Shown here one piece after another: positions 9,226 through 18,301 of a DNA stretch of 64,000 bases. The DNA comes from an uncultured Solirubrobacteraceae bacterium. GTDB lineage: Bacteria; Actinomycetota; Thermoleophilia; Solirubrobacterales; Solirubrobacteraceae. The translations under genes were made by a program, and so were the position numbers. Position 1 is the first letter of the stretch. The number at the start of each line of letters is the position of its first letter. The stretch is taken from positions 1,589,209 through 1,653,208 of the forward strand of contig OY970059.1 in assembly GCA_963705235.1 (NCBI GenBank), given 5' to 3'. The notes under the pieces are model-generated. The model ran no database searches, was not told where the DNA came from, and saw nothing but the letters and a program-made list of their open reading frames with translations.

Positions 9226-9573
9226 CTAGTCGATCACGATCGCGCGCATCGTGTGCTCGTCCGGAAGCTTGTCGAGGATCCGGTGAAGGACTTCACGCTC
9301 CTGCGCTTGTCCTCGTTGCAGGTCGTTGAGCAGCAGTCGCACAGCGCTGTGCGTGATCTTCATCTGCTGGGGCGCCAGCGACACCGTCACGACGCCGTGC
9401 TCGTTGCGAGGACCGTCGAGGCCGGCGAGCACCTCGCGTGCCAGACGGCGGATGGTCGGCTCGTGGGCCTCGTCGGAGATCAGCAGCCTCAGGGCGCTCG
9501 CGGCCACGGGCACCTCCACCTCATCCAGGAATAGGTGGTACGGGGGCTCGGGCTCCGACGTGGCGTCGCTCAT
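9226..9573 (-). CDS. Hypothetical helical protein with an internal duplication
   Basis: Normal high-GC codon usage; two similar halves (SALRLLISD / SAVRLLLND). Confidence 0.7.
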   Translation of the reverse strand: MSDATSEPEPPYHLFLDEVEVPVAASALRLLISDEAHEPTIRRLAREVLAGLDGPRNEHGVVTVSLAPQQMKITHSAVRLLLNDLQRGQAQEREVLHRILDKLPDEHTMRAIVID

Positions 9574-9639
9574 CGCAACCAGCCTACCTGTGCCGCTCGA
9601 CCGCTCGCCGCCGAATCGTGGCCCCGAGCGCCACGACGA

Positions 9640-10050
9640 TCACTCCGTAGACGTAGTCGCCCGCTTTGCCCGCTCACGCTGCATCCGTGCCAGGCGCCCG
9701 CCGAGCGAGCTCAACAGCATGCCGATGATCGCCGTGACCACGGCCAGAAACGGGGGGTGGTCGCCGAGCGAGACCTTCGCCTCAGTGCCCACGATCGCGT
9801 GCGTGACCAGCAGTGACACGCCATATACGAAGCCGCCCACGAGGCCTCTGTCGGCGCCACCCCACCCGTCCAGGTGCTCGAAACCGCCGATCACGGTGGC
9901 GGGTATGAGCAGTCCGGCCCAGGCCCAGTACAAACCGCTGGAGACGCCGATCAGGATCCCCGCGACAGCGCCTGCGATCGCGGGAACCACGCCACCCAGC
10001 ACGACCTGCATGGGGCGCTCGCGATCACGGAACAGCACTGGTTCAAGCAT
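9640..10050 (-). CDS. Small multi-pass membrane protein
   Basis: Three to four Gly-rich hydrophobic segments. Confidence 0.7.
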   Translation of the reverse strand: MLEPVLFRDRERPMQVVLGGVVPAIAGAVAGILIGVSSGLYWAWAGLLIPATVIGGFEHLDGWGGADRGLVGGFVYGVSLLVTHAIVGTEAKVSLGDHPPFLAVVTAIIGMLLSSLGGRLARMQRERAKRATTSTE

Positions 10051-10165
10051 CGTTCTCCTCTCGAAATTACTGTCAAACCCTACCGTGCGCGGCGGTGCGT
10101 GGGCGCCGTCCAGGGTAGTGCGTGGGCGCGCGCGTGCGACGAGTCGTCAATAACCTCTCAGGGAC

Positions 10166-11215
10166 GTGGCGAGCCAGGCGCCCTTCCGACTATCGGTTCT
10201 CGACCAGTCGCCGATCTCCAAGGGATCGTCGGGTGCGCAGGCGCTGCACAACACGCTCGACCTGGCGCGGCTGACCGACCGGCTCGGCTACCACCGCTAC
10301 TGGGTGGCCGAGCACCACGGCGGCCCGATGCTGGCCGGCCCGAGCCCGGAGGCGCTGATCGGGCCGATCGCGGCGGCTACGAACAGCATCCGCGTCGGCA
10401 GCGGCGGTGTGATGCTGCCCCACTACAGCCCGTTCAAGGTGGCCGAGACGTTCAGCCTGCTGGCAGGGCTGTTTCCCGGGCGCATCGATCTCGGGCTGGG
10501 GCGCGCGGCCGGCACCGACCCGCTGACCACGTTCGCGCTGCAACGCGACCGCCGCCAGGCGGCTCCCGATGACTTCCCCCAGCAGCTGGCCGAGCTGCTG
10601 GGCTATCTCGACGATCTGCTCCCGCCCGACCACGCCTTCGCGCGCCTGGCAAAGACGCTGCCGGGCGGCCCCGAGCGCCCGCAGCCGTGGCTGCTCGGCT
10701 CCTCGCCGCAGAGTGCCATCTGGGCGGCGGAGATGGGTCTGCCCTACGCGTTTGCGGACTTCATCAATCCAAACGGCGCGCAGGCCACCGCGCTTTACCG
10801 TGAACGCTTCGCCGAACACGAACACCCCGGCGCTCACCCGCGCACAGCCGTGGCGGTGTGGGTGATCTGCGCCGACAGCGACGACGAGGCCCAGCGCCTG
10901 GCAGCCAGCGGGCGCATGACCTTCACGCTGCTGCGTCGCGGACAGCTGATCGCTGTGCCGCCGCCCGATGAGGCCGTCAGGTTCTTGCAGGCCGACGACC
11001 GCGTGGGTGCTCGCCCGCGCTCTGAGCGCCGCGCCGTGCTGGGCGCGCCCGAGGCTGTGCGCGAGCAGTTGCGCGAGGTGGTGGATAATTACGGCGCCGA
11101 GGAGGCGATCATCGTCACCATCACATACGAGCACGAGGCGCGCCGGCGCAGCTACGAGCTGCTCGCCGAGGCGTTCGGGCTGGAGGCGCCCGGCGGGGCC
11201 GCGGTGACAGCGTGA
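10166..11215 (+). CDS. LLM-class flavin-dependent oxidoreductase (luciferase-like)
   Basis: LSVLDQSPI, GYHRYWVAEHH, IRVGSGGVMLPHYSPFKVAETF, GRIDLGLGRA. Confidence 0.92.
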   Translation: MASQAPFRLSVLDQSPISKGSSGAQALHNTLDLARLTDRLGYHRYWVAEHHGGPMLAGPSPEALIGPIAAATNSIRVGSGGVMLPHYSPFKVAETFSLLAGLFPGRIDLGLGRAAGTDPLTTFALQRDRRQAAPDDFPQQLAELLGYLDDLLPPDHAFARLAKTLPGGPERPQPWLLGSSPQSAIWAAEMGLPYAFADFINPNGAQATALYRERFAEHEHPGAHPRTAVAVWVICADSDDEAQRLAASGRMTFTLLRRGQLIAVPPPDEAVRFLQADDRVGARPRSERRAVLGAPEAVREQLREVVDNYGAEEAIIVTITYEHEARRRSYELLAEAFGLEAPGGAAVTA

Positions 11216-11820
11216 GCACGCTCCCGCGTGTGCGCCGGGCCGAGCCCCGCGACATCCCCGCGCTGGCGCGTATGCTCGCGCGCGCGTTTTTCGACGACCC
11301 GGTCGCGAGCTGGGCGTGGCCGCCCGACTCGCTGAGGCTGAAGGCGCTCGAGCGCTTTCAGGCGACGCGCATGCGCCAGCTGATCGGCGCCGGCGAGGTG
11401 TGGACGAGTGACGATCTGTCTTGTGCCGCGCTGTGGGCGCCGCCGGGGAGCTGGCACTCCTCGCCGCGCGAAACAGCCCAGCTGGTTCCGTCGTTTGCGC
11501 ACCCGCGCCTGATCGTGCGCCTGCCGCTCATCGCGCTCGGCTGGGACCGACTCGAACGGGCGCACCCGCGCCGCCCGCCACACTTCTACCTGGCGGTGCT
11601 CGGCACCGATCCTGAGCGACAGGGCGGCGGTCTTGGTTCGGCGGTGCTCGGTGGGGCACTCGAGCAGTGCGACAGCGATGGCGTGGCCGCCTACCTGGAG
11701 TCATCCAAGGAGAGCAACGTCGACTTCTACGCGCGCCATGGCTTTCGCGTACTCGAGCAGATGCGCCTGTTGCGTGGGCCGCCGGTGTGGAAGATGTGGC
11801 GCGACCCGCGGGTGCGGTGA
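11212..11820 (+). CDS. GNAT family N-acetyltransferase
   Basis: LARAFFDDP, FYLAVLGTDPERQGGGLGS, AYLESS..NVDFYARHGF. Confidence 0.9.
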   Translation: MSTLPRVRRAEPRDIPALARMLARAFFDDPVASWAWPPDSLRLKALERFQATRMRQLIGAGEVWTSDDLSCAALWAPPGSWHSSPRETAQLVPSFAHPRLIVRLPLIALGWDRLERAHPRRPPHFYLAVLGTDPERQGGGLGSAVLGGALEQCDSDGVAAYLESSKESNVDFYARHGFRVLEQMRLLRGPPVWKMWRDPRVR

Positions 11821-11846
11821 TCCGAGCGCCGATCGGCGCCGTAACA

Positions 11847-12467
11847 ATGAGTGCGATGTTCAGGCCGTGGCGCTCATCCCAAGGCAGCTCCTCCGCCAGC
11901 CTGCATGGCCTCGCCGATGAGGATCTGATGCAGCTAGTGCACAAAGGCCACGCGTCCGCCTTCGAGGTCGTCTACGAACGCCACGCCAACGTGGCGTTCT
12001 CGCTGGCCTATCGCATGTGCGGCCAGCGGGCGCTGGCCGAAGACGTCGTGCAGGAGGCGTTCTTGTCGCTGTGGCGCAGCGGCGCTCGCTACGACCGCAA
12101 CCGCGGCAGCGTGCGCACGTGGACGCTCGGCATCGTCCACAACCGCGCGATCGACGCCCTGCGTCGCCAGACCGTGCGCGATCGCGGGCTAGTCAGGGAT
12201 GAGGGACTGCCGGAGCGGCTAGTGGCGGACGAGCGCACCGAGGTCGAGGTCGCGCGTCGCGACGAGTCGCGCGAAGTGCGCGACGCGCTCGAGCGGCTGC
12301 CCACCGAGCAGAGCCGCGTGATCGAGCTGGCCTACTTCGGTGGCCTCACCCACGTGGAGATCGCCTCGATGCTGGACACGCCCGTGGGCACGGTCAAGGG
12401 GCGCATGCGGCTCGGCCTGGCCAAGATGAGGATGGCGCTCGGAGACCCCGCGGAGGTCGTGCGATGA
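11847..12467 (+). CDS. ECF RNA polymerase sigma factor (SigK-like)
   Basis: AEDVVQEAFLSLWR, HNRAIDALRR (region 2); IELAYFGGLTHVEIA..PVGTVKGRMRLG (region 4). Confidence 0.92.
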   Translation: MSAMFRPWRSSQGSSSASLHGLADEDLMQLVHKGHASAFEVVYERHANVAFSLAYRMCGQRALAEDVVQEAFLSLWRSGARYDRNRGSVRTWTLGIVHNRAIDALRRQTVRDRGLVRDEGLPERLVADERTEVEVARRDESREVRDALERLPTEQSRVIELAYFGGLTHVEIASMLDTPVGTVKGRMRLGLAKMRMALGDPAEVVR

Positions 12468-13168
12468 GCGGGGGGGCGGATATGGATCCGGCCGGCTGCG
12501 GCGGCAACGCGGCGCCATACGCGCTCGGCGCGCTCACCGACGAGGAGCACGGCGCCTTCCGAGCGCACATGGAGAGGTGTGCGGTGTGCCGTGAGGAGGT
12601 CGCCTCGCTGCAGGTCCTCGCCGCCGCGCTGGGCGAGGCAGCGCCACAGGTGCGCGCGCCTGCGCAGCTCAAGCGCAGCGTGATGTCTGAGGTGCACGCG
12701 GATGCAAACCGGCGCACGAGCAGCGAGTCAGAACGCATCACCCATACGCGCGGCGCCCCGCGGATGCGCTGGTGGCCGGCCCTTGCGAGCGCCGTCATCG
12801 TGGCCGCAGCGATTGCGCTGGCGCTGGTGGCGATCGTGCCGGGCGCTGGCGGCGGGACGCGCGTGATAACCGCGCAGGTGACCCCGGCGCACGCTCACGC
12901 GACGCTGCGAGTCAGCGGGGGTCACGGGCAGCTGAGGATCGCCGGGATGCCCCAGTCGCCGCCCGGGCACGTGTACCAACTGTGGATCAAACGCTCCGGC
13001 GGGCCGCTGCCCACCGACGCGCTGTTCACCGTCGCGGCCGGCGGCACAGCCACCGTCGGCGTGCCCGGCAGCGTCAACGGCGTCAAGGAAGTGATGGTCA
13101 CCGCCGAGCCCCTGGGCGGCAGTCCCGCCCCGACGAGCACGCCCGTGATCGTCGCGCGCGTCAGCTGA
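12464..13168 (+). CDS. Anti-sigma factor, RskA-like with ZAS zinc motif
   Basis: YALGAL, HMERCAVC (HxxxCxxC), TM, VYQLWI, VTAEPLGGSPAPT; overlaps sigma stop. Confidence 0.88.
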   Translation: MSGGADMDPAGCGGNAAPYALGALTDEEHGAFRAHMERCAVCREEVASLQVLAAALGEAAPQVRAPAQLKRSVMSEVHADANRRTSSESERITHTRGAPRMRWWPALASAVIVAAAIALALVAIVPGAGGGTRVITAQVTPAHAHATLRVSGGHGQLRIAGMPQSPPGHVYQLWIKRSGGPLPTDALFTVAAGGTATVGVPGSVNGVKEVMVTAEPLGGSPAPTSTPVIVARVS

Positions 13169-13244
13169 GCGCAGGTTGTGGCTCCGGGCGACGCCGCGAA
13201 GCTGGGAAGGCGCGACGCCACGACGCCGTGCTCAGGTCCTTGCT

Positions 13245-13268
13245 ACTGTTAACCACATGGCTAACAGT
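13245..13268. promoter_or_regulatory. Imperfect inverted repeat over ArsR start codon (probable autoregulatory operator)
   Basis: ACTGTTAACCA-CA-TGGCTAACAGT, one mismatch. Confidence 0.65.
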
Positions 13269-13607
13269 GAGGTGCTGGACCGCACGTTTGCTGCCTGCTC
13301 ACACCCGATCCGCCGGGGTATCCTCGAACGGCTGGGCGCGGGCGAGCTGAGCGTGGCTGAGGCCACCGGCGATTTCGGCGTGTCCAAGCCGGCGATCAGC
13401 CGGCATCTGAAGGTGCTGGAGGAAGCCGGCGCGATCGTGCGCGTGATCGACGGGCGCACACACCGCCTGCGCGTCCGCGAGCGCTCGCTCCAGGACGCTG
13501 CCGAATGGATGTCACGCCAGCAGCGGATGTGGGAGCGCAAGCTGGACACCGTCGAGCAATACCTGCGCGAGCAGCGAACCGGCAAGACCCGAAAGGAGCC
13601 GACATGA
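13257..13607 (+). CDS. ArsR/SmtB family transcriptional regulator
   Basis: FAACSHPIRRGIL, VSKPAISRHLKVLEEAGAI. Confidence 0.9.
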   Translation: MANSEVLDRTFAACSHPIRRGILERLGAGELSVAEATGDFGVSKPAISRHLKVLEEAGAIVRVIDGRTHRLRVRERSLQDAAEWMSRQQRMWERKLDTVEQYLREQRTGKTRKEPT

Positions 13608-14071
13608 GCGCCACCGATTCCACCCGCCTGCGCCTGCAGCGCACGTTCGACGCGCCCGCCGAGGAGGTGTTCGACGCGTGGACCAACCCCGAGGTGCTCA
13701 GACGCTGGTGGGTAGCCGATCCCACCTGGCGCACATCCGTCGCGGACGTCGACCTGCGCGTCGGCGGCGCCTACCGGCTGTCGATGGAAGACCCCGCCGC
13801 CGGCACCACGCACACGGTCGTGGGGGAGTACCGCGAGGTCAGTCGTCCCGAGCGCCTCGTGTACAGCTGGAGCTGGGAGGAGGACGGGCAGGCCGGGCAC
13901 GTGAGCACGGTCACCGTCGAGTTCGTCGGCGAGGGCGAGCGCACGACGGTCGTGCTCGAGCACACCGACCTGCCCTCCTCTGAGTCGCCCGACGGACACC
14001 GCAAGGGCTGGGAAGGGTGTCTGGGGATGCTCGGCGCCCGCGTCTTCACCGCGGTCGCGCAGCCGTCCTGA
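13604..14071 (+). CDS. SRPBCC / AHSA1 domain protein
   Basis: RTFDAPAEEVFDAWTNPE, DLRVGGAYRLSM, PERLVYSWSW, HRKGWEGCL. Confidence 0.9.
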   Translation: MSATDSTRLRLQRTFDAPAEEVFDAWTNPEVLRRWWVADPTWRTSVADVDLRVGGAYRLSMEDPAAGTTHTVVGEYREVSRPERLVYSWSWEEDGQAGHVSTVTVEFVGEGERTTVVLEHTDLPSSESPDGHRKGWEGCLGMLGARVFTAVAQPS

Positions 14072-14116
14072 ACGGCTGCGCTCCGCGAAACCGAAACAAC
14101 GAAAAGGAGGACCACG

Positions 14117-14428
14117 ATGGCGAATTACCTGTTTGCATACACGGGCGGCGGCATGGCCCAGACCGACGAGGAGCGCGAGGCCGCGATGGCGGCATGGGGC
14201 GGCTGGTTCGGCGCACTCGGCTCGGCGATCGTCGACGCGGGCAACCCGTTCGGCCCATCTGCCACGGTCGCCTCCGGCGGTGTCAGCGACGGCGCCTCAG
14301 CTGGGCTGACCGGCTATTCGGTGATCAGCGCCGACAGCCTCGCGGCAGCCGGCGAGCTGGCCAAGGGCTGTCCGGTGCTCGCCTCCGGCGGCAGCGTGCA
14401 GGTGTACGAGACGATCCCGGTGATGTAG
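14117..14428 (+). CDS. YciI-related (DGPF-like) small protein
   Basis: AWGGWFGALG, IVDAGNPF, LTGYSVISADSL..A..LAKGCP, VQVYE; AGGAGG RBS. Confidence 0.8.
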   Translation: MANYLFAYTGGGMAQTDEEREAAMAAWGGWFGALGSAIVDAGNPFGPSATVASGGVSDGASAGLTGYSVISADSLAAAGELAKGCPVLASGGSVQVYETIPVM

Positions 14429-14446
14429 GCAGGCGACACTTGGCCG

Positions 14447-14656
14447 TCAGCGGACGTGCAGCTCCTGCCCGGCGACGCTGACCACGTCGCCGGCGTGCAG
14501 CTGGCGTCCGCGGCGGATCTCGTGCTCGCCGTTGACCTCGACGGGCTCGCTCGCCAGCAGGACCTTGACCTCGCTGCCGCTGCCGACGATCCCGGCCAGC
14601 TTGAGCAGCTGTCCGAGTCGGATCGTCTCGCCTTTGATCGGGATGTCGGTGACCAT
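14447..14656 (-). CDS. S4-domain RNA-binding protein (YaaA-like)
   Basis: TIRLGQLLKLAG, VNGEHEIRRGRQLHAGDVV. Confidence 0.9.
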   Translation of the reverse strand: MVTDIPIKGETIRLGQLLKLAGIVGSGSEVKVLLASEPVEVNGEHEIRRGRQLHAGDVVSVAGQELHVR

Positions 14657-14678
14657 CGGCGGGCGAATACAGCCAGGC

Positions 14679-15539
14679 TCACACGTGCGGTGCGGTATCG
14701 GCCCCGTTGCGCCGCTCGGCCATGTCCGCTCCGGTGGTGGTCGTCATCACCGCCGCGCCGCGCCCGCCGAGCACGCGCCGCACGAGCCCCGGCGCGAGCA
14801 CGCGCAGCGCCGCGAACACGGCAAAGGGGCGCGGCACGTAGCGCTCGGGGCGGCGGCCGATGCCGGCCTCGTAGATCGCCTCGGCGGCGCGCTCGGGCGT
14901 GGAGACGATCCAGCGCGTGGCGGACCTGCCGGTCAGCTCGGCCTGAGGGAAGCCCTCAGTGGAGATGAAGCCGGGCAGCACCAGCCCGACGTGCACGCCG
15001 TGGGCGCGCTCCTCGGCCCACAGCGCGTCCGACCAGCCGGCGAGCGCGAACTTGGACGCGCTGTAGGCGCCGGTGCCCGCGCGCGCGACGCGACCGGCGG
15101 TGGAGGCCACGTTGACGATCGCCGACGGCGCGCTGGCGTGCAGCAGCTCCAGCAGCGCCTCGGTCAGTCGCACCTGCGCGTCGAAGTTGATCGCCATCGT
15201 GCGCCGCACGTTCTCGTAGCCGCCGTCGGCGAAGCGCGCGCGCCATGACGCGCCGGCGTTGTTGACGAGCAGGTCAAGCCGCCCGTGGCGCTCGATCACG
15301 TGGTCGCGGATGCGCGCGGGGGCGTCCTCGTCGATCAGGTCGGCGGCGACGTAGCTGACGCGCCGCTCGCCCAGCTCGCCGGCCAGCTCACGCAGGCGCT
15401 GCTCGCGCCGCGCGACCAGCACTAGCGATGCCCCCGGCTCGCGGATCAGCCGGCGCGCGGTGGCTTCGCCGATGCCGCTGGAGGAGCCGGTGATCAGCAT
15501 CACGCGGGAGTTGCCTGGAGTGTGGATGCGCTCGGCCAT
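14679..15539 (-). CDS. Short-chain dehydrogenase/reductase
   Basis: ITGSSSGIG, LVNNAG, IVNVAS, YSASK catalytic motif. Confidence 0.92.
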   Translation of the reverse strand: MAERIHTPGNSRVMLITGSSSGIGEATARRLIREPGASLVLVARREQRLRELAGELGERRVSYVAADLIDEDAPARIRDHVIERHGRLDLLVNNAGASWRARFADGGYENVRRTMAINFDAQVRLTEALLELLHASAPSAIVNVASTAGRVARAGTGAYSASKFALAGWSDALWAEERAHGVHVGLVLPGFISTEGFPQAELTGRSATRWIVSTPERAAEAIYEAGIGRRPERYVPRPFAVFAALRVLAPGLVRRVLGGRGAAVMTTTTGADMAERRNGADTAPHV

Positions 15540-15612
15540 GACATCCTCGCTTGGATCGGGGGCGGCGATGGGCTCAGAGCGCCCGGCGGTTAGCCTTTCA
15601 GATCGGCACACG

Positions 15613-16419
15613 ATGAGCGAGTCCACTCCCAGCGATCTGCACGGCGTCGCGTCGAGCGCCGCAAGCTCGCCGCGCAAGGATCAGGCGCTGGAGCTGTTCC
15701 GCGAGTTGCCGCGCCGCTACGACGCGCTGTCGGCTGCGCTCAGCTTCTGGCAGGACCCCCGCTGGCGGCGCGCGTTGGTCGATGCGCTGGCGCCACGCGA
15801 CGGCCAGCGGGTGCTCGACGTGGCGACCGGCACGGGGATGGTCGCGGCCGAGCTGCTCGCGCGCGCGGACTGCTCGGTGGTCGGGCTCGACCAGAGCCCG
15901 CAGATGCTCGGCGCCGCCCGTGCGCGCTTTGCCGATGAGAGGGGCTCGCGGGTCGAGCTGATCGAAGGCCAGGCTGAGCGACTGCCGTTCGCGCAGGACA
16001 GTTTCGACGCGTTGACGTTCACCTATCTGCTGCGCTACGTGGACGATCCCGCCGCGACGATGCGCGAGCTGGCACGCGTGGTGCGCCCGGGCGGGCGCGT
16101 GGCGAGCTTGGAGTTCGGCGTGCCGCCATGGGCGCCGGCGCGCGCGGCGTGGCGGCTGTACACAGCGGTCGGGCTGCCGGTGCTCGGACGCGTAGCCTCG
16201 CGCGAGTGGGCGGAGGTCGGGCGTTTCCTGGGGCCGAGCATCCGCGGCTACTACGAGCGCCACCCCGTGCCGGCGATCGTCGGCTACTGGCGCGATGCGG
16301 GCCTGGAGCGGGTGAGCGTGCGGCGGATGAGCCTCGGCGGGGGTGTGGTGATGTCTGCGACCAAGCATGGCGGTGGGGAGGGGCAGGCGCGCCCACCCGG
16401 CGCGAGCGGCGGGGGCTGA
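15613..16419 (+). CDS. UbiE/MenG-like class I SAM-dependent methyltransferase
   Basis: YDALSAALSFWQDPRWRR, VLDVATGTG, LPFAQDSFDALTFTYLLR, ELARVVRPGG. Confidence 0.88.
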   Translation: MSESTPSDLHGVASSAASSPRKDQALELFRELPRRYDALSAALSFWQDPRWRRALVDALAPRDGQRVLDVATGTGMVAAELLARADCSVVGLDQSPQMLGAARARFADERGSRVELIEGQAERLPFAQDSFDALTFTYLLRYVDDPAATMRELARVVRPGGRVASLEFGVPPWAPARAAWRLYTAVGLPVLGRVASREWAEVGRFLGPSIRGYYERHPVPAIVGYWRDAGLERVSVRRMSLGGGVVMSATKHGGGEGQARPPGASGGG

Positions 16420-16425
16420 ACGGGG

Positions 16426-17157
16426 ATGGGGGCGACGCGCGAGCGCCCGGCGTTCTACGCGCGCGGGCGCGGGCGCGCGAGTGAGCTGGTGACGCTGCTA
16501 CACCCGCCGTACACGGCGTGGCACCTGAGCTACTTCGCGATCGGTGCGGCGATCGCACCGCACCTGTATGTCGGGCGGCTGCTGTGGGGCCTGGCGGCGT
16601 TCGCGCTGGCGGTGGGCGTGGCGGCGCACGCGTTCGACGAGCTGCACGACCGGCCGATGGGCACCGGGCTGACCGACCGCACGCTGATCGCGCTGGGCGT
16701 GGCGGGGTTGGCGGGCGCGGTGGCGATCGGCGTGGCCGGCGCGATCACCGTGTCGGTGTGGCTGGCGCCGCTGGTGATCGCGGGCGCGCTGTTCCTGCCC
16801 GCGTACAACCTCGAGCTGGCCGGCGGGCGCCTGCACAGCGACCTGTGGTTCGCGCTCGGCTGGGGAGCGTTCCCGGCGTTCACCGGCTACTTCGTGGAGG
16901 CTGAGAAGATCGCGCTGCCGGGGCTGCTGATCGCGGCCGGGTGCATGGCGATGAGTGTCGCGCAGCGGCGTCTGAGCTCGCCCGCGCGGGAGCTGCGCCG
17001 GCGCACAGCGGCGGTGCAGGGGACGCGCACGCTTCACGACGGCGCCACCGAGCCGCTGTCGCTTCGTGCGCTGCTGGCGCCACTCGATGGCGCGCTGGCG
17101 GCGATGTCGCTGGCGATGGTGGTGACCGCGTGCGCGCTCGTGGCGGCGCGCCTGTGA
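16426..17157 (+). CDS. UbiA-like prenyltransferase-family membrane protein (atypical)
   Basis: About 7 TM segments, LHPPYTAWHLSY, AHAFDELHDRP (degenerate Asp-rich motif), AYNLEL, GWGAFP. Confidence 0.55.
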   Translation: MGATRERPAFYARGRGRASELVTLLHPPYTAWHLSYFAIGAAIAPHLYVGRLLWGLAAFALAVGVAAHAFDELHDRPMGTGLTDRTLIALGVAGLAGAVAIGVAGAITVSVWLAPLVIAGALFLPAYNLELAGGRLHSDLWFALGWGAFPAFTGYFVEAEKIALPGLLIAAGCMAMSVAQRRLSSPARELRRRTAAVQGTRTLHDGATEPLSLRALLAPLDGALAAMSLAMVVTACALVAARL

Positions 17158-17229
17158 GCGTGCGCCCGATACAGGCGTGAGCCGATTGCGCCGTGGCGCG
17201 GCGGGGCTGAGCGGGGCCGGCACGCCGGC

Positions 17230-18301
17230 TCAGCGCTCGAGCAGGCGTGCGCCGGGACCGGGGCGCACCTGCAGCGCGCCGGCGGGGTAGGCGGCGTCGG
17301 GCGCGAACAGGCCGAGCACGCTGCCGCCGAATCCGCCGCCGATCACGCGCGCGCCGGCGGCGCCGGCCTCGCGCAGGCTCGCGACGGCCGCCTCGACGGC
17401 TGCAGTGGAGACCTCGTAGTCCTCGCGCAGGCTCGCGTGCGACGCGTCTAGCAGCGCGCCGACGCTCGGCATGTCGCCGGCTTGCAGCGCGCCGACGGTT
17501 TCGCGAACGCGGCGGTTCTCGCCGAGCACGTGTCGCGCGCGCCGGCACAGCGGCTCGGGCAGCGCCGCGACGGCATCCTCGTTGGCGTCGCGCAGCGAGC
17601 GCACGCCGAGCAGCGTGCACGCGCGGGCGCACTCGGCGCGGCGCTGGTTGTAGGCCGAGGCGGCCAGGTCGTGGCGCTCGCCCGAGTCGAGCACGACCAG
17701 ACGCCAACCGTCGAGGCGCAACGGCACGGGCTGCGCCTCGAGCGTGCTGAAAGTCGATGCACAGGGCCGTGTCGGGCGCGCCGTACAGGCAGGCGAGCTG
17801 GTCGAGCATGCCGGTGCGGGCGCCCACCCAGTCGTTCTCCACGCGCGAGCACAGGCGCGCGATCCGCGTTCGATCCCATGCCTCGACCGGGCCGCTGTCG
17901 CCGCCGGCGCCCAAATCGATCAGCGCCAGCGCAAGCGCGACGCCGAGCGCGGCCGAGGAGGACAGGCCGGCGCCGCGCGGTAGCTCGCCGGCGATCTCCA
18001 GGCTGGCGCCGGTGAGCGGGTATCCGGCGCGCGCCAGCTCGGCGACGGTGCCGCGCACGAACGCGCGCCAGCCGCTCGCGGGCGCGGGGTCCGCCAGGGC
18101 GAACTCGTCACGCTCGCCCAGATCGCGTGCGTAGGCGAGCACGCGCGCCTGCCGCGGGGGCTCCTCAGGCCAAGCGGTGGCGCGCACGGTGACGCCGGCG
18201 AGGATCGCGAACGGCAGTGCGAGCCCACCGTTGTAGTCGGTGTGCTCGCCGATCAGGTTGACGCGGCCGGGAGCGAACGCGACGCTGCGCTCATGCGCCA
18301 C
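17230..18301 (-). pseudogene. galK: Galactokinase interrupted by a 1-bp frameshift (pseudogene or sequencing error)
   Basis: PGRVNLIGEHTDYNGG and GAGLSSSAA in one frame; YNQRRAEC and GARVIGGGFGG in another; removing one A from the AAA at 17750-17752 restores CIDFSTLEAQPVPLRLDGW. Confidence 0.88.
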
